Assembly (NCBI GenBank): GCA_030704615.1
Contig: CM060733.1
Coordinates: 38,626,001-38,690,000, forward strand
Reading direction: 5' to 3'
Length of the DNA: 64,000 bases
Source of the DNA: Takakia lepidozioides
Lineage: Eukaryota; Plantae; Bryophyta
The position numbers and the translations under genes were made by a program. Under the pieces are notes generated by a model. It had not been told where the DNA came from and ran no database searches. It saw only the letters and a list, made by a program, of their open reading frames with translations. How positions within the stretch are numbered: the stretch's first letter is position 1; each line of letters begins with the position of its first letter. Shown here piece after piece: positions 1 to 13,855 of the stretch.

Positions 1-209
1 TTGATCTGAATTGTAGGTCATCGATTCGCTTGGAGGACGACAAAATCATTGGACCCACACCCCACCACCACCCAAGTGTGGGCGACTAAGATATATATAT
101 AATAAAAGTCTCCTCATTGAATCTCAGTCTCACATATGATCCCGCTCGTGTTGAAATGCAAGTAAATTTGCAGGGTGGGATAACAGGATGATTCTCTGAG
201 ATTGCGTGT

Positions 210-760
210 ACCAACTCACTAATGACACTGATTGGAGTGTACCAAGTCACTAATCACTCTAATCAGACTGGACCATGTCACTAAGCCGTCGTGGCCCAAG
301 GACAGACGCCATATCTCAGTTAAACTGGGGCCAGACAGAGCGAGCTTTACAGGGCATCACAATCTGCAACCAAATCTTATTTGGATTCCATCCAGTACTC
401 CTGCCTGGAGGAGTCGCAGCCTAATTAGTAACTTCATTAGTCACTCCCTCACACAACCTGGACCTAGTTGGATGTGGAATCTCACTAAACAGATGAGGGC
501 ATGTCACTAATGAGCGGTGCGGAAGAAAGATCCGGCCCATACCGCGCTGGAGTCACTAACCCAGTCACTAATAGTCCGTACGGGGCATAAATGATGGCCT
601 AATCACCAACTCACTACTCACTAAAAGCCTCGCAGCCGACCACCGACTGCGCAGGCATTAAACAGGCATGGCCCCGCAACTAACCCTCGCCCGTCGTACT
701 GCTCGCTAAGTCACGCTCTTAATCAACCTCGTTTAGTCACCCACCAACCTACTAACTACT
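210..760. repeat. Cluster of TCACTAA/TTAGTCA heptamers, possibly subterminal repeats of a DNA transposon
   Basis: TCACTAA at about 217, 248, 278, 483, 504, 553, 565 and 618; TTAGTCA near 437 and 733. Followed by a GC-rich CCCGG/CCGGG tract (~840-1440). No TIR identified. Confidence 0.4.
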
Positions 761-2516
761 GTGGTTACTCAGGTGCTCCAGACCAGACGGATGAATGTTG
801 CTCTGCAATGGATGATAAATCCTTCGTCCAACGCCAACGGATCCGGGGTTCCAACCATGTCCCGTTCCGTTGCCGGCCATGGGAATCCGGGCCCGGCATC
901 TGGGACCCGGGATACGATGGGGCGCCGGGGTGAGTCAAGGGGCCCAGGCTCGCCCGCACTTTTTGTTGGGGAACGTGCAGGGAACAGACCGGGTGCCGGC
1001 CTGGCAGACCACCCGGCCCGCGTTACGAAACGGAAAGCGTTCGCTTTGTCTGCTACAGTGACCAGTCAAGGCCCGGTCTTTCCGACCGCCGTATAAGCCC
1101 ACAGACCGACGGATACAGAGACTACCCTCCGGGTAGTTTCTGTTACCGGCAGGCTGGTGGGGCTGCCGGGTGGCAGGCGTTGACCGCAAATCCGGGGCAT
1201 GCAGGCGCACGCGTGGCCTGCCACCCGCCACCCTTTTATTTCAGGCCGTTAGATGGGGAAGTTCATCCGGCGATGCAGGATGCCTGCCGTCACTCCGGGC
1301 AGTAGTGAAAAATAGTAAATAATGGCGTGAGAGAATGGTCAGGGGAGCAAGTAATAAAGGCCCGGCCGGCCTGGGATCGCGCTCCCGGGTCGGCGTTGAC
1401 CGGGCTTTGACCCGGGTTGCGGGCGTGTTCCCGAAGGGACGCCCTAGATCGCATGTCAGGCCCACCCTTTATTGTGCGCTGTGCTGTTGCAGGCTTGTGC
1501 CTTGAATTGTCTTGTTTCTCTTCGCCGTGGAAGCTTCTTCCCCTCATCTTCTTCTTTGTGGCAAACCTGCAGGGCAGAGAGCAGAGAGAGACCTTAGGGC
1601 TTGATTGGCAAGACTGTAGAGTCTGCAGAGCCAGCTCAGAATGAAGTCTAGTAGCCCTTTGAACGCCATTCAAAAGCCGCATGTGGCTGATTGTGCAGGC
1701 GCTAAGGGTTTGTGGGCAGCCAGTGAATTTAGTGAAGGGAACTCCACTAATATGTCATGTTGGTTAAGTCTTTACTTTTAGCATTTCCTTGTTCTTTTGT
1801 TTGATCATGTAAGCTTGGAACATGCTTGTGTAAGAGGAAGTAACAGGTTACACTAATTTCATTGGGGGAGAATGTGGGAGGCTGACTCAACTCATTTTCT
1901 CAAATGTTCTTCCTACAAATGAGCTTTTGAGTTATGCAAGTGCAGCAGCAAGGTGTTTGATTCTCATGAATAGTGGTCCACACAAGGACAGCCACATTTT
2001 CACGTCACACTCTATTTCTCCTGGCCGGTGGCCCCAAGGCTGCGGGCAAACATCGTCTTTATGAGTACATTCTATTTCTCCTGGCTTTCCTTTCAATGAC
2101 ATGAGGATGGAGATCCATAGCCGAATTTCTGTGGCCTTGCAGTGTAACTAGAAAAGCATGATAATTACAAGCAACGAGCTTGTCTAAAGTTTACAGGAAC
2201 ACCCAGCAGGCATCTACATGATGCCAAACCTTACATACCTCAACTGCAACCCTCACCCCCAGCTGCTTCATTGCTGTGGCACATGGTTGGCAGCCAGCTA
2301 ACCTCAGGCTACCCTTATATATTGAACACAAAACTGCCACTCCCAGACAGGAGAGTCTCTAACACAAGGCTGATGCAGCTATGGCGGGGCAGTGCCTTAA
2401 ACATTCCCAAAGACAGTTGCCAATCCAACTGCCTAGTCTTTTGAACACAAGCAGCGATTTTCCACCTACCACCAGGATACAGAAGACCCTACAAATTTCC
2501 CCCTCTATCATCACCC

Positions 2517-5500
2517 TTACACATGCATGGCTTGAGATTGGGCAGGTACAGCAAGGTGTGCTAGAGCACTCCGCAAACTTGGGATACCGCCCCCTGTCCG
2601 TGAGCTCACCATCATCTGTCCATAATGCCACATCCACAAAGACAAGCTGCATTAGAAAGAATCACCAAAAATTTCCATCATGCATAGAATAATATGGATG
2701 ATGTACTTGAAGATCATCAGCTCTGTCATGAAATGGACGCTGCAGCCTTGCAGACAATCCACCCAGAGAATATTGCCTTTCCAGATGGTGACAGTCCCTG
2801 CATGGAACTATTTCCCATAATCGAGGGAATCCCACGTGTGAGATTGACCTTCCCTCTTGCTGGAATCAATACAGAAAGGCATTTAGTTGATCAATGAAGG
2901 TGGTAAGAAAAAACCCATAGAAGAGAAGGACAGATCATCAATACAGCCAGCTTTTCCCTCCTTCAAAGGAGAGAGAAAGAGAGAGTGAGGAACTCCTAAC
3001 AGTTCCCCATGAACACCTGAGAATACTCTAGATTCACCACCACGTTAGAAAAAAAAAATCAGCCAAAACAGCACAAGTTCACACGCAGCCACAACAATCT
3101 GACGGCAGAATGTATTTGATGTGTTGATGTGTTGATGTGAAGAATGATTTGATTCCAGAACACCTTAGTTGATCCCAGCATTGCTAATGTGGCCAAGTCT
3201 AACATTGTGATGTGGTGTGATGTGGATGATACACGGCTGAAGTTGCTAATGTTCTCCAAGGAAAGGAAAAACTAAAGCTAGTTGTGCACAAACACATGAA
3301 CGAGAGAGGAAGAACAACAGTGAGGTAACATACCACAGGTAAAACAAGCGACCTGTGATGCTTGAGCGCCTGACATATCCAATAAACACACATCATCCAT
3401 AATCGGCAGGCAGACAGAATAAAGAAGGTTGAAAGTACCACGAGAGCATTTAACACCCTATGTACAGTAATCAACTAAGTCCAGAACACCCACAACGGGT
3501 TGAGGGGCACTGTAATCTTTCTGGTACTGACTTTGGCAGACCAAGTTATTCCTTGGTTCCTTCTGGTGAGAATATCAAGGGCCCTGTGATAACAACAATT
3601 TTTGCATCCACCTGCTAGGGCATAAATTTGTATCACAAATGGCCAAGCGTAAAGCTGTTTCAAGGGCACAGAACTGCTGGACCCTTGTTACCTCACTTGC
3701 TTGGCAGCACACCCACTGCTCCATCCTGGAGAAATGGACTATGTACTAAGAAATAATATGACTATGGAACTCATGTAGCTCTCTTTCATCCATTTGCAAG
3801 CTACAGCTTTAGGCTTGCCAGTTACCAGCACGAATCTGTAATTGTGTGGTACGTGGATGTACTTTTTGCGTTTATGGCTGCAGTGTATGAAGAGACTGGG
3901 AGGGAGAGAGAGAGAAACACAGGAGTTGATGTGGTGATGATATGATCTCACCTCTCCTATCTGGGTGGCCCGGCGAGCGAGGTCAAGAGGAGGAAGGACA
4001 TCAGTTTTTGTCAACACAATCTGGTACCTCGTTTGTGCACTGCAGACACCCCACTGCATGAATTCTACATCGAGGCCGGTATCATTACTTGAAGACAATG
4101 TATGCACAAGCGTGATGGCCTCTGTCACACAACTACTGTTGCATCTGACCATAGACCCGGGTGTCACTAAAAGAGCTACCTATAATAAAGCCCTCACTGC
4201 CATCAGCCCCTTACAACCCAAGACTGAAAGTAACATATGCATAAAGTAACTAGGACAAAAATAAGCATGGAGCACAGAGGACAAATACTTTTCCATGAGA
4301 CGAAGGAGCTCCTCGTCGCGGGGTTTGAGACCCCATTTAGCATCCAACAGCAAGCACACCCGTTTCAGACCTTTTCTTGTTGTCACATACTCCTTTACCT
4401 GATTAAACAAACTTTAATAAAATCAACAAACGGAAACTTAAGTTTAAACTTAATCAAGAAAAAATACCATAGATCTGTGTAACAGACACTGATATATCAT
4501 GAGAATTATTGGTGTCGTCATGCTCTTTGCCACTTTGAATGTGAGACCTCATAAGCCCCTATAGAACACCCTTGTAGTAAATAGCCACATTACATTAATT
4601 ACCCTTCTTGGCTGGAGGTCCCTCGCTCTTGGTTCCAAGTCTCGTGGTGGGGTTTATGGCCACAAATACAACAGATCTAATCCCCCTCTCCCTCACGTGC
4701 TCTCTCTCTCACAAACCCACAACCAAAGGTCCATCCCAAAACTTCATTCAAATTACATAACTCGTGCATTTTAAAGCGAAGGACAAAATGGTATTTTGCA
4801 AAATGGCAGGATGGCAGTACACTCACAGGGGAAGAGACCTCAGCCGGCATCTTCTCTCTCTTTACAGTACATTTCAGTCTCAATCTAAACCCGCTGAACA
4901 ATCTTGTGACAGTCAACTTCTACTCAATATGTTTTGCCTTCAGAAAAGGATATCATCCACCGTTTAGCTCTTGGATGTGCAGAATACTCCATTCTCCATT
5001 TGACTCACTGTGTCCAGTTTTAATGACACAAGGATATTCGTTTCTGGGTTAGAAAACTTACAAGCTCTTCCCATGCCTCTTTACTCTCCTCCTTGGCATA
5101 AGCAAAACCATAGCCAGGTAGGTCCACCAAACATAACCGGGCTCCCAAGGTAAAAAAATTGATGGTCTATCACAAGCAAAAAGCCAATGAACATCTGTTA
5201 CCACTGCTTTCCGATTGATCCTTCCCCCATCATGATGACAGTAAAACATTATGATCTAGTTATTGACAATTACCCTTGAGAGCGAGTTCTAAGAAGAGCC
5301 TTACTCAAATCCTCATGGGGAAATTTTCCCACCAGGCTATCAGGCCCAAAACTGCCCTTGTGGACAAGCAGTGAACTCTTTGATCAGGGTAGACTGAAGG
5401 GATGGCACCACGTAAAGCACACGTAAAATAGGGCACTGCTACTGCTTGCACTGCCGGTCACACTGCAGGCACCTCAGGAGCTTAAGAGTGTCTCCTTAAG

Positions 5501-8500
5501 ACAGACGAATTCCAACAACACAATGAAGGAACCTTTGGAGGTGCAGGCTCCCAGCAAGGCTGGTTGGTAGAACCCCGTTCGAGAAAGGGTGCGTACTGCA
5601 TCCCTTTGCCACTTCAGCCTGCAAATTGTCCAGGAGAGAGGGTTGCTTGTTTGATAGACCACCACTGCTTAGTTATAGAGGCAAGGATGTCGCCCATTGT
5701 TACAAACATGAAGCACTCAAAAACTTTCCGGTTTTACTCATGGGGTCCTCTCATCCCCAGTTCCTCTTACAGCTCCTGGCACCTGCAGGGAAAGTCTTGC
5801 TGCACGGATTATCACCAGTGTTCTGATGGTTTTCTTGCAGACAGCACAGTACTTCTGTACTCTCCGATCTTCAGTGTGCAATGCGTACAATATGTGGAGC
5901 TGGAACAGCTATGTGTAGCCACACCACCATAATCACCAAGCATTCTTTTCTTCACCTAATTCTGCCTTCACTTGGGAAAATATGCAAAGCACGAATCCAT
6001 TTCAAATTGATTGACTGGCAAAGTTCCCAAGCATTTCACCAGTGATGCTGTGATACCAGGAGGAGTGAAAATACCTGAGTGAGGCCTGGTTTCTCAGATG
6101 TGCGAACAACTCCCCATTGCCTGGTGAGTGCATTGATCAATGAGGATTTTCCAACATTTGACCTGCCTGGGAAAAGTCATTGCATTGAAAACCACAGTGT
6201 ATTATAACCTAGTTGGGCCGTCTGCAATGACAACTCCACATCCCCACAGAAAGAGGCATGAGATAGACGGAACTCCCAAAAAACACTCCGCTAAGTAAAC
6301 TTGTTGCACTTGAACACCTGGGCACAAAATCACACTGTACTAAGACACACAGGCTCTTAAAGCTTCAAGAATTTCCAGGTGAAGATGAATGTTACCTGCA
6401 AACGCAATCTCCGGAAGCTGCTGAGGGGGGAGAGAGGAGGCTTGCTTTGCTGCAGCTATGAACGTTAACTTACGCTTGAAGACCTGAATATGCACACAGA
6501 CACACTCGCAGAGTCTTCATTTAGGATTCAACATCTGCAAAACTATGTGGCAGCAAGAATGAAGAGTTCTCAACAACCAATCAGTAGCACGTCCGGAGGG
6601 AATTTTCCACTATCATAAATACAAAGTTGTGACATGAGTAATTTTTCCTTCATGGATCAAATGTCAGAAATAAAGTCTGCCAAAACTGAAGTGTTTTCAA
6701 AGCATCTATCCACTTAATATACAGTAGTGGTTGAAAAACTTTGGTGGCGCCTGGAAAAGCCATTAGATTAACTTGTTAACTAGCCTATTGATCTGCCAAA
6801 CCAATGAAACTATAACACTTGGTAATAGGATGCCAAACCATGTTGACCACAAAGGTATACCATAACTTGAAAACAAAGATTTGATTAATGCACCAAATTG
6901 CATGGACTTTAACAGACCACGATTCCATGGTCTTGCTGAAACCATTCCTCATTTTCCAGAAAGCAGTGGAGCTCCTCAAACATGGTACTCTGGGGATAGG
7001 CCTCTATTCCATTCCATCGAAGTGTGAAGACAAACCTACAGTCTCCTGAATTGGGAGCCGCCCTGCCGTGCTGCCATGGGGCACATCATCCAAGGGTGCC
7101 TTCAGTTTTGGGTGGTAACCCCCTTTCTGCCACTCCCACAATCGCCTCTGGCCCACCAACTGCCACCCAAAGAGCCTAGTCTTAGGAGAGGGCACTCTTC
7201 ATCAGCCACGCAGAGTGTGACTAGAGCATCTTGCTTCTTTTGCTCAAAACTCAGAAGCTACCTTATACATATGCCACCAGTGCATTTGAGCCCAGAACCA
7301 CCAACAATGTGACCATTCTGCCATGACCAGTGGGATATCTAACTCCTTAGTATAGGTAATCCAATTCTAAGGACCACCATGAAGCTTCAGAGTATTTGAT
7401 TTGCATATCTGGAGACCTCTGGAGATAGAGATCTACAGTTGACCTGAATTTCCACTTGCAAACACTATCATCGACAGAACCCTAGGAACCACCGCTACAT
7501 ACAAGGGCGTCAATGTGACGTAGAAGCTCTGGAGATGGCTCAATAGCTCGGAACTGAGCATTCTTTGACAGCCCTGGATCTTCCTCGTCCTTCTCCACAC
7601 TTTTCTCAGTTGACGCTTTCACTGAGAACCAGTGATGTCAGACAAATAACACAAATAGTCTGCCCATCAGTGCCTTCACTTGCTAACATGCATTAGAACC
7701 TCACTTTAATACCTAAACTCTTCCCAACGAAACCTGCAAACAATATGAAGAAACTACTGAAGATATTGTTCAGACCAAGGACCTCAGTAATGACAAAATA
7801 AATTGCACGGGAAGCAAGTCAAGACCTTAGCTCTGATGACACCTTACCAAAAGGACCACATTTCAGATCCTAAAAACACTCTCCTGTATAACAACTGAGT
7901 ACTGTGCAAATATACTCATGCACTTACTAGCTTTCTTGATACACAGTGCATCAAGAATGTAACAGAATACATCCAGGAGTATACCAGGAGGGAGGGACAC
8001 CGGCAAGTTATCTACAATTCGTTTGTTCGTCTGGTCCCGTGGATGCATCCCCACCATTCGACGCCTTCGCCTTTTGGGCTGCTGCTCTGCACACACCCAG
8101 CTACCCATATAAATGGCTGCCCTTAATCTGCAAAGTGATTGTCACAGTAAATCGAAAGTACCAAGGTTTCTGTATGAAAAAACACTTTATGACTGCAGAA
8201 TATCAATGTAATAAGATACATCGGAGGAAAGATGCACAATACCGTACATGAATCTTGTCTTGCAGATTATCACCATTGAATGTAGTCCGATCTTCCAGTT
8301 ATACAATGATCAAGTGTGAGAAATCAAGTGCACAACTAGATCCTAAGCAAACCATGAACCTTGGGGAGGATATTCATGACTTCCAGAAAGAAAAATTAAG
8401 CCGCTCGTGGACGGAGTACTTATCGTGGGTATGTAATACATTGGGACTTCTGCCTTTTGTTCACGGGTGGGCACATTTTCAAGGCCACATGCAGTCTGAC

Positions 8501-10003
8501 TTGATGCTGATTTCTTCTCATAAATAATTACAAGCTCCAGCACCCAAATTGGTATGGCCTTGTTGCCAACAGTAGGTGGAAGACCTCCACAATGCAATCT
8601 CCAACACAGGCATAATGCAGATTTCACCCATCACCACCTCCAGTGACCTAACTAGTGGGCTACCTGCTGGAAGCTAGCAATGGTGAAGCTTATGGCCTCT
8701 ACCCTGCAGTGACTGACACATGATCCCAATGTCTTGAGCAGTACAGCCACTGCAGGGGCAGTTCATATTGTGAAGCTATCACTCACATGGGCTCTGAACA
8801 TCCGGATAACTGGCTAGCACTGGCCAATTCGTGTGCACTAGAGGTTGATAATGATGTTAGCTCTTGATCTGATCTTCCCTCTCCAGCCGGTGTGTGTGAG
8901 GGTATCTATCGTTAGTGCATTCCCACTTGACTATACCCTCAACCCTAAACACTGGTGATCACAGCAGAGTTGTTCGCTTGGTAAATTTACTGCAGCTCCA
9001 AAGAGAGCTACCCTGCAAATCACCGCATCCTTATTGGATAAACTGCCATAATCATTAAGACCTGATGCCGTAAATGCTTTTGTTTTGATTGTTGAAGTTA
9101 CTTTCCCGGTCAGCCATATTCATCGCCGAATGAATTTGCAAATGATGACCATAAACCCTACACCTAAACCCTACACCTAAACCCGACCTAAGCCCTTACA
9201 CAGGGCTACCTAAACAACAACTTGCCTGCTGTGTCTTCTTCAGAGCCCCTCCTCCCTTCGCCACCCTGCCGAAATCTCCTCACTCCTGGTCTGGAACCAG
9301 TGACCCGCCCAGGTGTTCGAGCTACAGTTGCAGAAGTGCGCCGAATTCGCCCAGCAATATCTTTTTGGGGAGAAGTCAAATTTTTCTTCGAATGCCAATC
9401 ACTCTTAGGCTCCGTACCTCGACCACCATCGGTTGATGTGAGTCTCTTCCTTTTCACCTTGTCTCGATTGATTGGCCGAGCTTTAGAAGGAGAAGATACC
9501 CTGAGCACCTTGTCTGGATCACCGAATGGCCTGCTGCCCCTCTGCTGGTTTTTACCAACAATACCCACCTGCCGATTTCGAGCTACGGAACCTTTCCTCT
9601 GTTTGCTGCTTGCAAACCTCCCTCCCTCCTTCGTCTGGAGGGCGATCCTATTTGTGGCAGACGCAGCAAGCATACGGACTTGTAAAAATGAGTTGGGTTT
9701 ATAGAGCCACTGGCTAGACTCTCCAATACCCACGGACTGCAACGTGGAAAATGGCGCTTTCCCCAAAAGACCTCCCAAAGGACAGGTTGCACGACCGGGT
9801 TGATTCATACTTATCCCAAGTGGACCATCGTGAATGCGTGCGCAGAGCTGGCTCCACACAGACAAGGCCTTACTGGATAGCTTGATTCTCTGAGATTCAT
9901 AGCAAAACTCATGAACCACATCGCCTGTCAAATTGGAAGAGAGAAAAGAGGGGACATGGTCCAGCAAAGTTCGAAACCTGTTGAGCAGAGACAGCTTAGC
10001 CAT
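2517..10003 (-). CDS. EngB: Organelle-targeted EngB/YsxC (TRAFAC) ribosome-biogenesis GTPase, At5g58370-like, multi-exon
   Basis: Hand-spliced, phase-compatible exons on minus: 9226-10003 (GC donor), possible microexon 7713-7733, 7503-7621 ([12 protein letters not shown]), 7040-7159, 6396-6483 (LPEIAFAG), 6075-6166 (G1 [10 protein letters not shown]2 KPGLTQ), 5062-5166 (G3 VDLPGYG), 4289-4398 ([13 protein letters not shown]), 3952-4039 (G4 LTKTD), 3334-3369, 2517-2615 (G5 MMVSSRTG...TAA). N-terminus is S/R/L-rich like a transit peptide. The ATG at 10003 is chosen over an upstream in-frame ATG at 10231. Confidence 0.93.
9152..9197. promoter_or_regulatory. Telo-box-like degenerate (TAAACCC)n tract at the start of EngB intron 1
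   Basis: taaaccctacacctaaaccctacacctaaacccgacctaagccct; another accctcaaccctaaac at ~8935. Confidence 0.5.
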
Positions 10004-12730
10004 GGTGGCTAGGTGGGCATGCCTGCTTCCTAAAGCACTGCTGCCTCCTGTCCATGCATTCCCTTGGCATCCGCTAAAAGTAGTCGCACACAACCCCTCC
10101 TCACAAGAGAGCACACCAACACGTGAACACTCACAATAGATGCGCGAGATGTCCCATTGGGACCGTCCCACAAAATTCTTTTTTTTCTGTTGTATTTCCC
10201 AAAGATGTTGAGGTTGGTAGATGGTGCTCATTGCCTGTGGGATTATCTCTATGGAGATAGTTCAGCCTATTTTGCAACCACCGTCGTGCAGGAAATCCTA
10301 TAATTACCTGTATGGAGGTAGTTGTAAATTCTAAAATTCGCCATGCAAGCAGCTCGTTCCTATGTTAACTTAGTGGGCCAAGGCCACACAAAATTCAGAG
10401 GCGTAAGTTTTCAGTGTGAATCCCACTCGACATGGGATGGGAACTGAATGCGCGCGTGCAAGCTTACCACACCGGATGCACAGACATGCATGCCGCATAT
10501 GACTCTCGTGTCTACACAAACAATATCTCGCTACATCTTGATCCGCAGCATACTGCTCGGCTGCAACGCTGGCTACCTACTGAGCTCATTCCGTGCACAA
10601 ATGCATTGTAAGCATATCAATACACTAGCTCCCGACTGAACAAATACCTTCTGAAACAAATCCCCTGGTCTATAACAGCTACAATGAAAAATAGCATGGT
10701 TGTCTCTGACCATGTATAAGACTGGTCAGTAAGAAACAAGTTACATGCTGGAGCTTCGGCAGGAGGTGTGGAACCATGGGAAAGACCAAGGAAAAAGAAG
10801 CTGCCGCGAGGCTCTTACTTGGACGTAGAGAAATATAGAAATTGTTGAAACAAAGCTTGGGAGTTCAACGAATCTCATCTGCCAACCTAGATATATACGA
10901 AGAGTATTGTGTGGACAATGTGTCCTCGAAAGAACACCTCCAAGCCGAGCTCTAAACGTATTAGAAAAGCGGAAGCAGAGAAGGCAAAAACAAATCTCTA
11001 TGCTGCGAGCGATCAAAGTGAGTGTGATTACGTACGTGTAGAGAGGTGCATGGAGATTTCCCCTAGTACAATCATCACATGATTTGTGAATGTTGGTCTT
11101 GGTGGTGATCGTATAATATCTTATGGGATCTCATTTGATATTCAAAAGGTGACCTTGAATTGTCTCGCCCAACAATTTCAACTTTCAGATTCTTAACATC
11201 TATATCTCTACCGATTTCAACTGTGACTGTTGGCAAATAGTTTTGTTTTAGTTTAGTTTTATTTGATGGTTCATTACATTATACATTGAGCACGAGAGTC
11301 TACAATGACTTCATGATTTCCGAGTGACCCGATGTTTTTGTTTATTTATGATTGTAGAATAGATTATGAATTCTCATTTTTAATGCTCTAAAGATAATAA
11401 GGAAAATTGTCATTTTCTGTCTTGAAATCTCTCCAGGTGAGAGGTAGGCATCTTGCAGTGGGTGCCTTATGGCATATCAGGGGTTTTAATTTTTTTCCCC
11501 TCAATAATTATGAATAAATTAATCGGGGCCTTCCCCTGTTCTCTAAAAAAAATAAAAAAATAAAAAATAAATTGTTGTCCCCAAAAATTGCAATATTTCA
11601 ATGGGGAGATGTCATTTTCTCTACTGTTTCAACGGTGGCCCCTTATGACTTTGTACGTTTTACTTTGTTTCTTCTTCATTTCAAATGCAAGGGGGACCCG
11701 TCTTGCTATTGTCATTTAATTTGCAAAGAACAATGCTAGTTATTCAAACAGTCCCCAATTTTAAGTTTTAATTGATTATTAGTACTGCATATAATATTAT
11801 TTCTATATTTATTAATTATTTAATATTATTTATCAAATGTACATATTTCATTTTATATCCATATTTACTTAAAACTCAATTATAGAACTAAATAGATGTA
11901 CATACATTTATTATTTATCATAAAGTTTATTTGACGTATATTCATAATAAATTAATATATCTATTATAGTTTTAATTATCCCATATATAGACAAGAGACA
12001 TTAAGAGTTTTGACATTTCATTAGCTATTACTAATATCATATTTATATGTAGTATCATAATATAGTAGTAAATCAAAATGTGCTCATCACATAACCAAAA
12101 TAATATATAGAAATGTTGTAACATTTACACTGAATATGTGAAGAGACCAAAGGAAGAAAGGAATAAACATTAGAGCAGATTCGACAAAAATGAACGACCT
12201 TTCACCAACCTTTCCACTTCGTGTATGCCTCACGACTTTCTTTGAATGACCTTTCGTACTTGGTAGTGTCAGCCAATTTTTGTACATGTGTGCCTCTTTC
12301 CTAAGTATGCACTTTGAAAGTGTCACCAAAGAACGCCAAGCCCCTACCGCTTCGGAGGACACCAAGAATTAGGTACAAGAACTTAATGCACTCGTGCCAT
12401 CTGACTGTAGTTTTGGCGGCAGCCTGGGCTCCTCCGGAGCCCCTGTCAAATCCTCCCACGTCCCCTTCTTACCTCGGTTTCACTATTAAATTAAACACTT
12501 AAGAATCCAACTGGGGTGGGTAGCGTGTCGGTACGGTTATTGCGGTGCAGGGGCAAGATTTTGGGGTTGATTCTTGATGGAAGGCTATCGTAGTGTAACC
12601 TAGATCCCAATACCCCAACCAGTGTAACCCCCTATACAACCCTAGTGTCTCTTGTGTGTAACTCTTCTTAGTCCATTTTATATAGCTAAGTTTGTACTTA
12701 GTCAAATTTCGAGACAAAGTGTTAGTGACA

Positions 12731-12897
12731 CCGAGTGGAGTTTACACTCCATTCTGTGTAACCCCGAGTGGAGTTACACACCCCGTGTAATCCCAAGTGG
12801 AGTTACACTCCCCGTCATATAACCCAGTATAACTCCAAGTGGAGTTACACTCCCCACCATACAATCCAGCATAACCCCACCTCGAGTTTACACTCCT
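12731..12897. repeat. Five spaced copies of quasi-palindromic AGTGGAGTTACACTCC
   Basis: Copies at about 12734, 12767, 12796, 12838 and 12884, separated by related (G/A)TAA(C/T)CCC-containing spacers. Confidence 0.75.
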
Positions 12898-13855
12898 TCA
12901 GTTCCATGTCACTCTCAAAGAGGGTGGGAAAGATTTGACATGTCGGAAGTTGGGATACCGTCCTGTCAGAGGTTGCACATTTGCATTAAGTTATTACCTC
13001 ATTTCTAGTATTCTCCTAATGCTTCCGCATACCTACATATTCTATAAACTTCCAAAGTATACAATGGTCAATTGGCCTGACATATAGTCGTCATTTTCTA
13101 TGGAATGCAATCAGTTGTATGGGGCAGCCTTGCAAGAACCACTTACATATACGCTATATGTTCCCTCCAGTTGTCTGATTTTAATTTTTAAAGGATTGGG
13201 GTACATATTTAGCATGTCAATGCAAGGTCAATACTTCCTGATTTCCTGATTGGCATGACTAAGTATAGCACATACAATTAATGTTGTAGGCCATGAGCAG
13301 ACCAGATTTGCAAAGTCACCTTTGCCAGAGCTAATAAAATCCCTCACATATGGGATGTGTCTATTTTGAAGACTGCAACGCCCTTCAACTTGCAAAAATG
13401 CTCCATATGAAGGGCAGAAGAATTAGGGCTGAGCATTGAAATGTGCAAAAGAAGGAGAGGGGAATAACACCCGCATGTCTTTTGTTTCAGCTATTGTTTA
13501 GGGGATAAGTCTGAAATTATGATGAAGCTTGGTGGCCACCTGGTACACTGTGCGCCAAGCCATGGATAGGGTTAGCGACCGGAAGTGCTATATTATGCAA
13601 TGATAACAAGGAGAAGATGCCCCTTTGGTGGAAAAGTTGTGGTCTTGTGCTGAAGGTGAAGGGAAGAATGTAAGCTGTTTGACTGATATTGATCTTGCAG
13701 AAATAGTTATGTTTCTTATATTCATGAGAGGAAGTATGTGGAGATGATGGAGTAGTTTCATTTCTAGCTATGATTGGCAACACTAGAAAGATTGCATCAA
13801 ACGTTGTATGGCCTGATTTGCATGTCTTATATCTTAGGAGTGAAATGCAAACCAT

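Noticed and set aside
232-1682. Several overlapping ORFs in GC-rich sequence
   Set aside because: No recognisable domains; explained by high GC content and few stop codons.
9206-10231. Standalone 341-aa ORF
   Set aside because: It is exon 1 of the EngB gene read into the intron.
12731-12897. CRISPR-like repeat-spacer appearance
   Set aside because: Repeats are only ~16 bp, spacers are irregular and mutually similar, there are no cas genes, and the context is eukaryotic.
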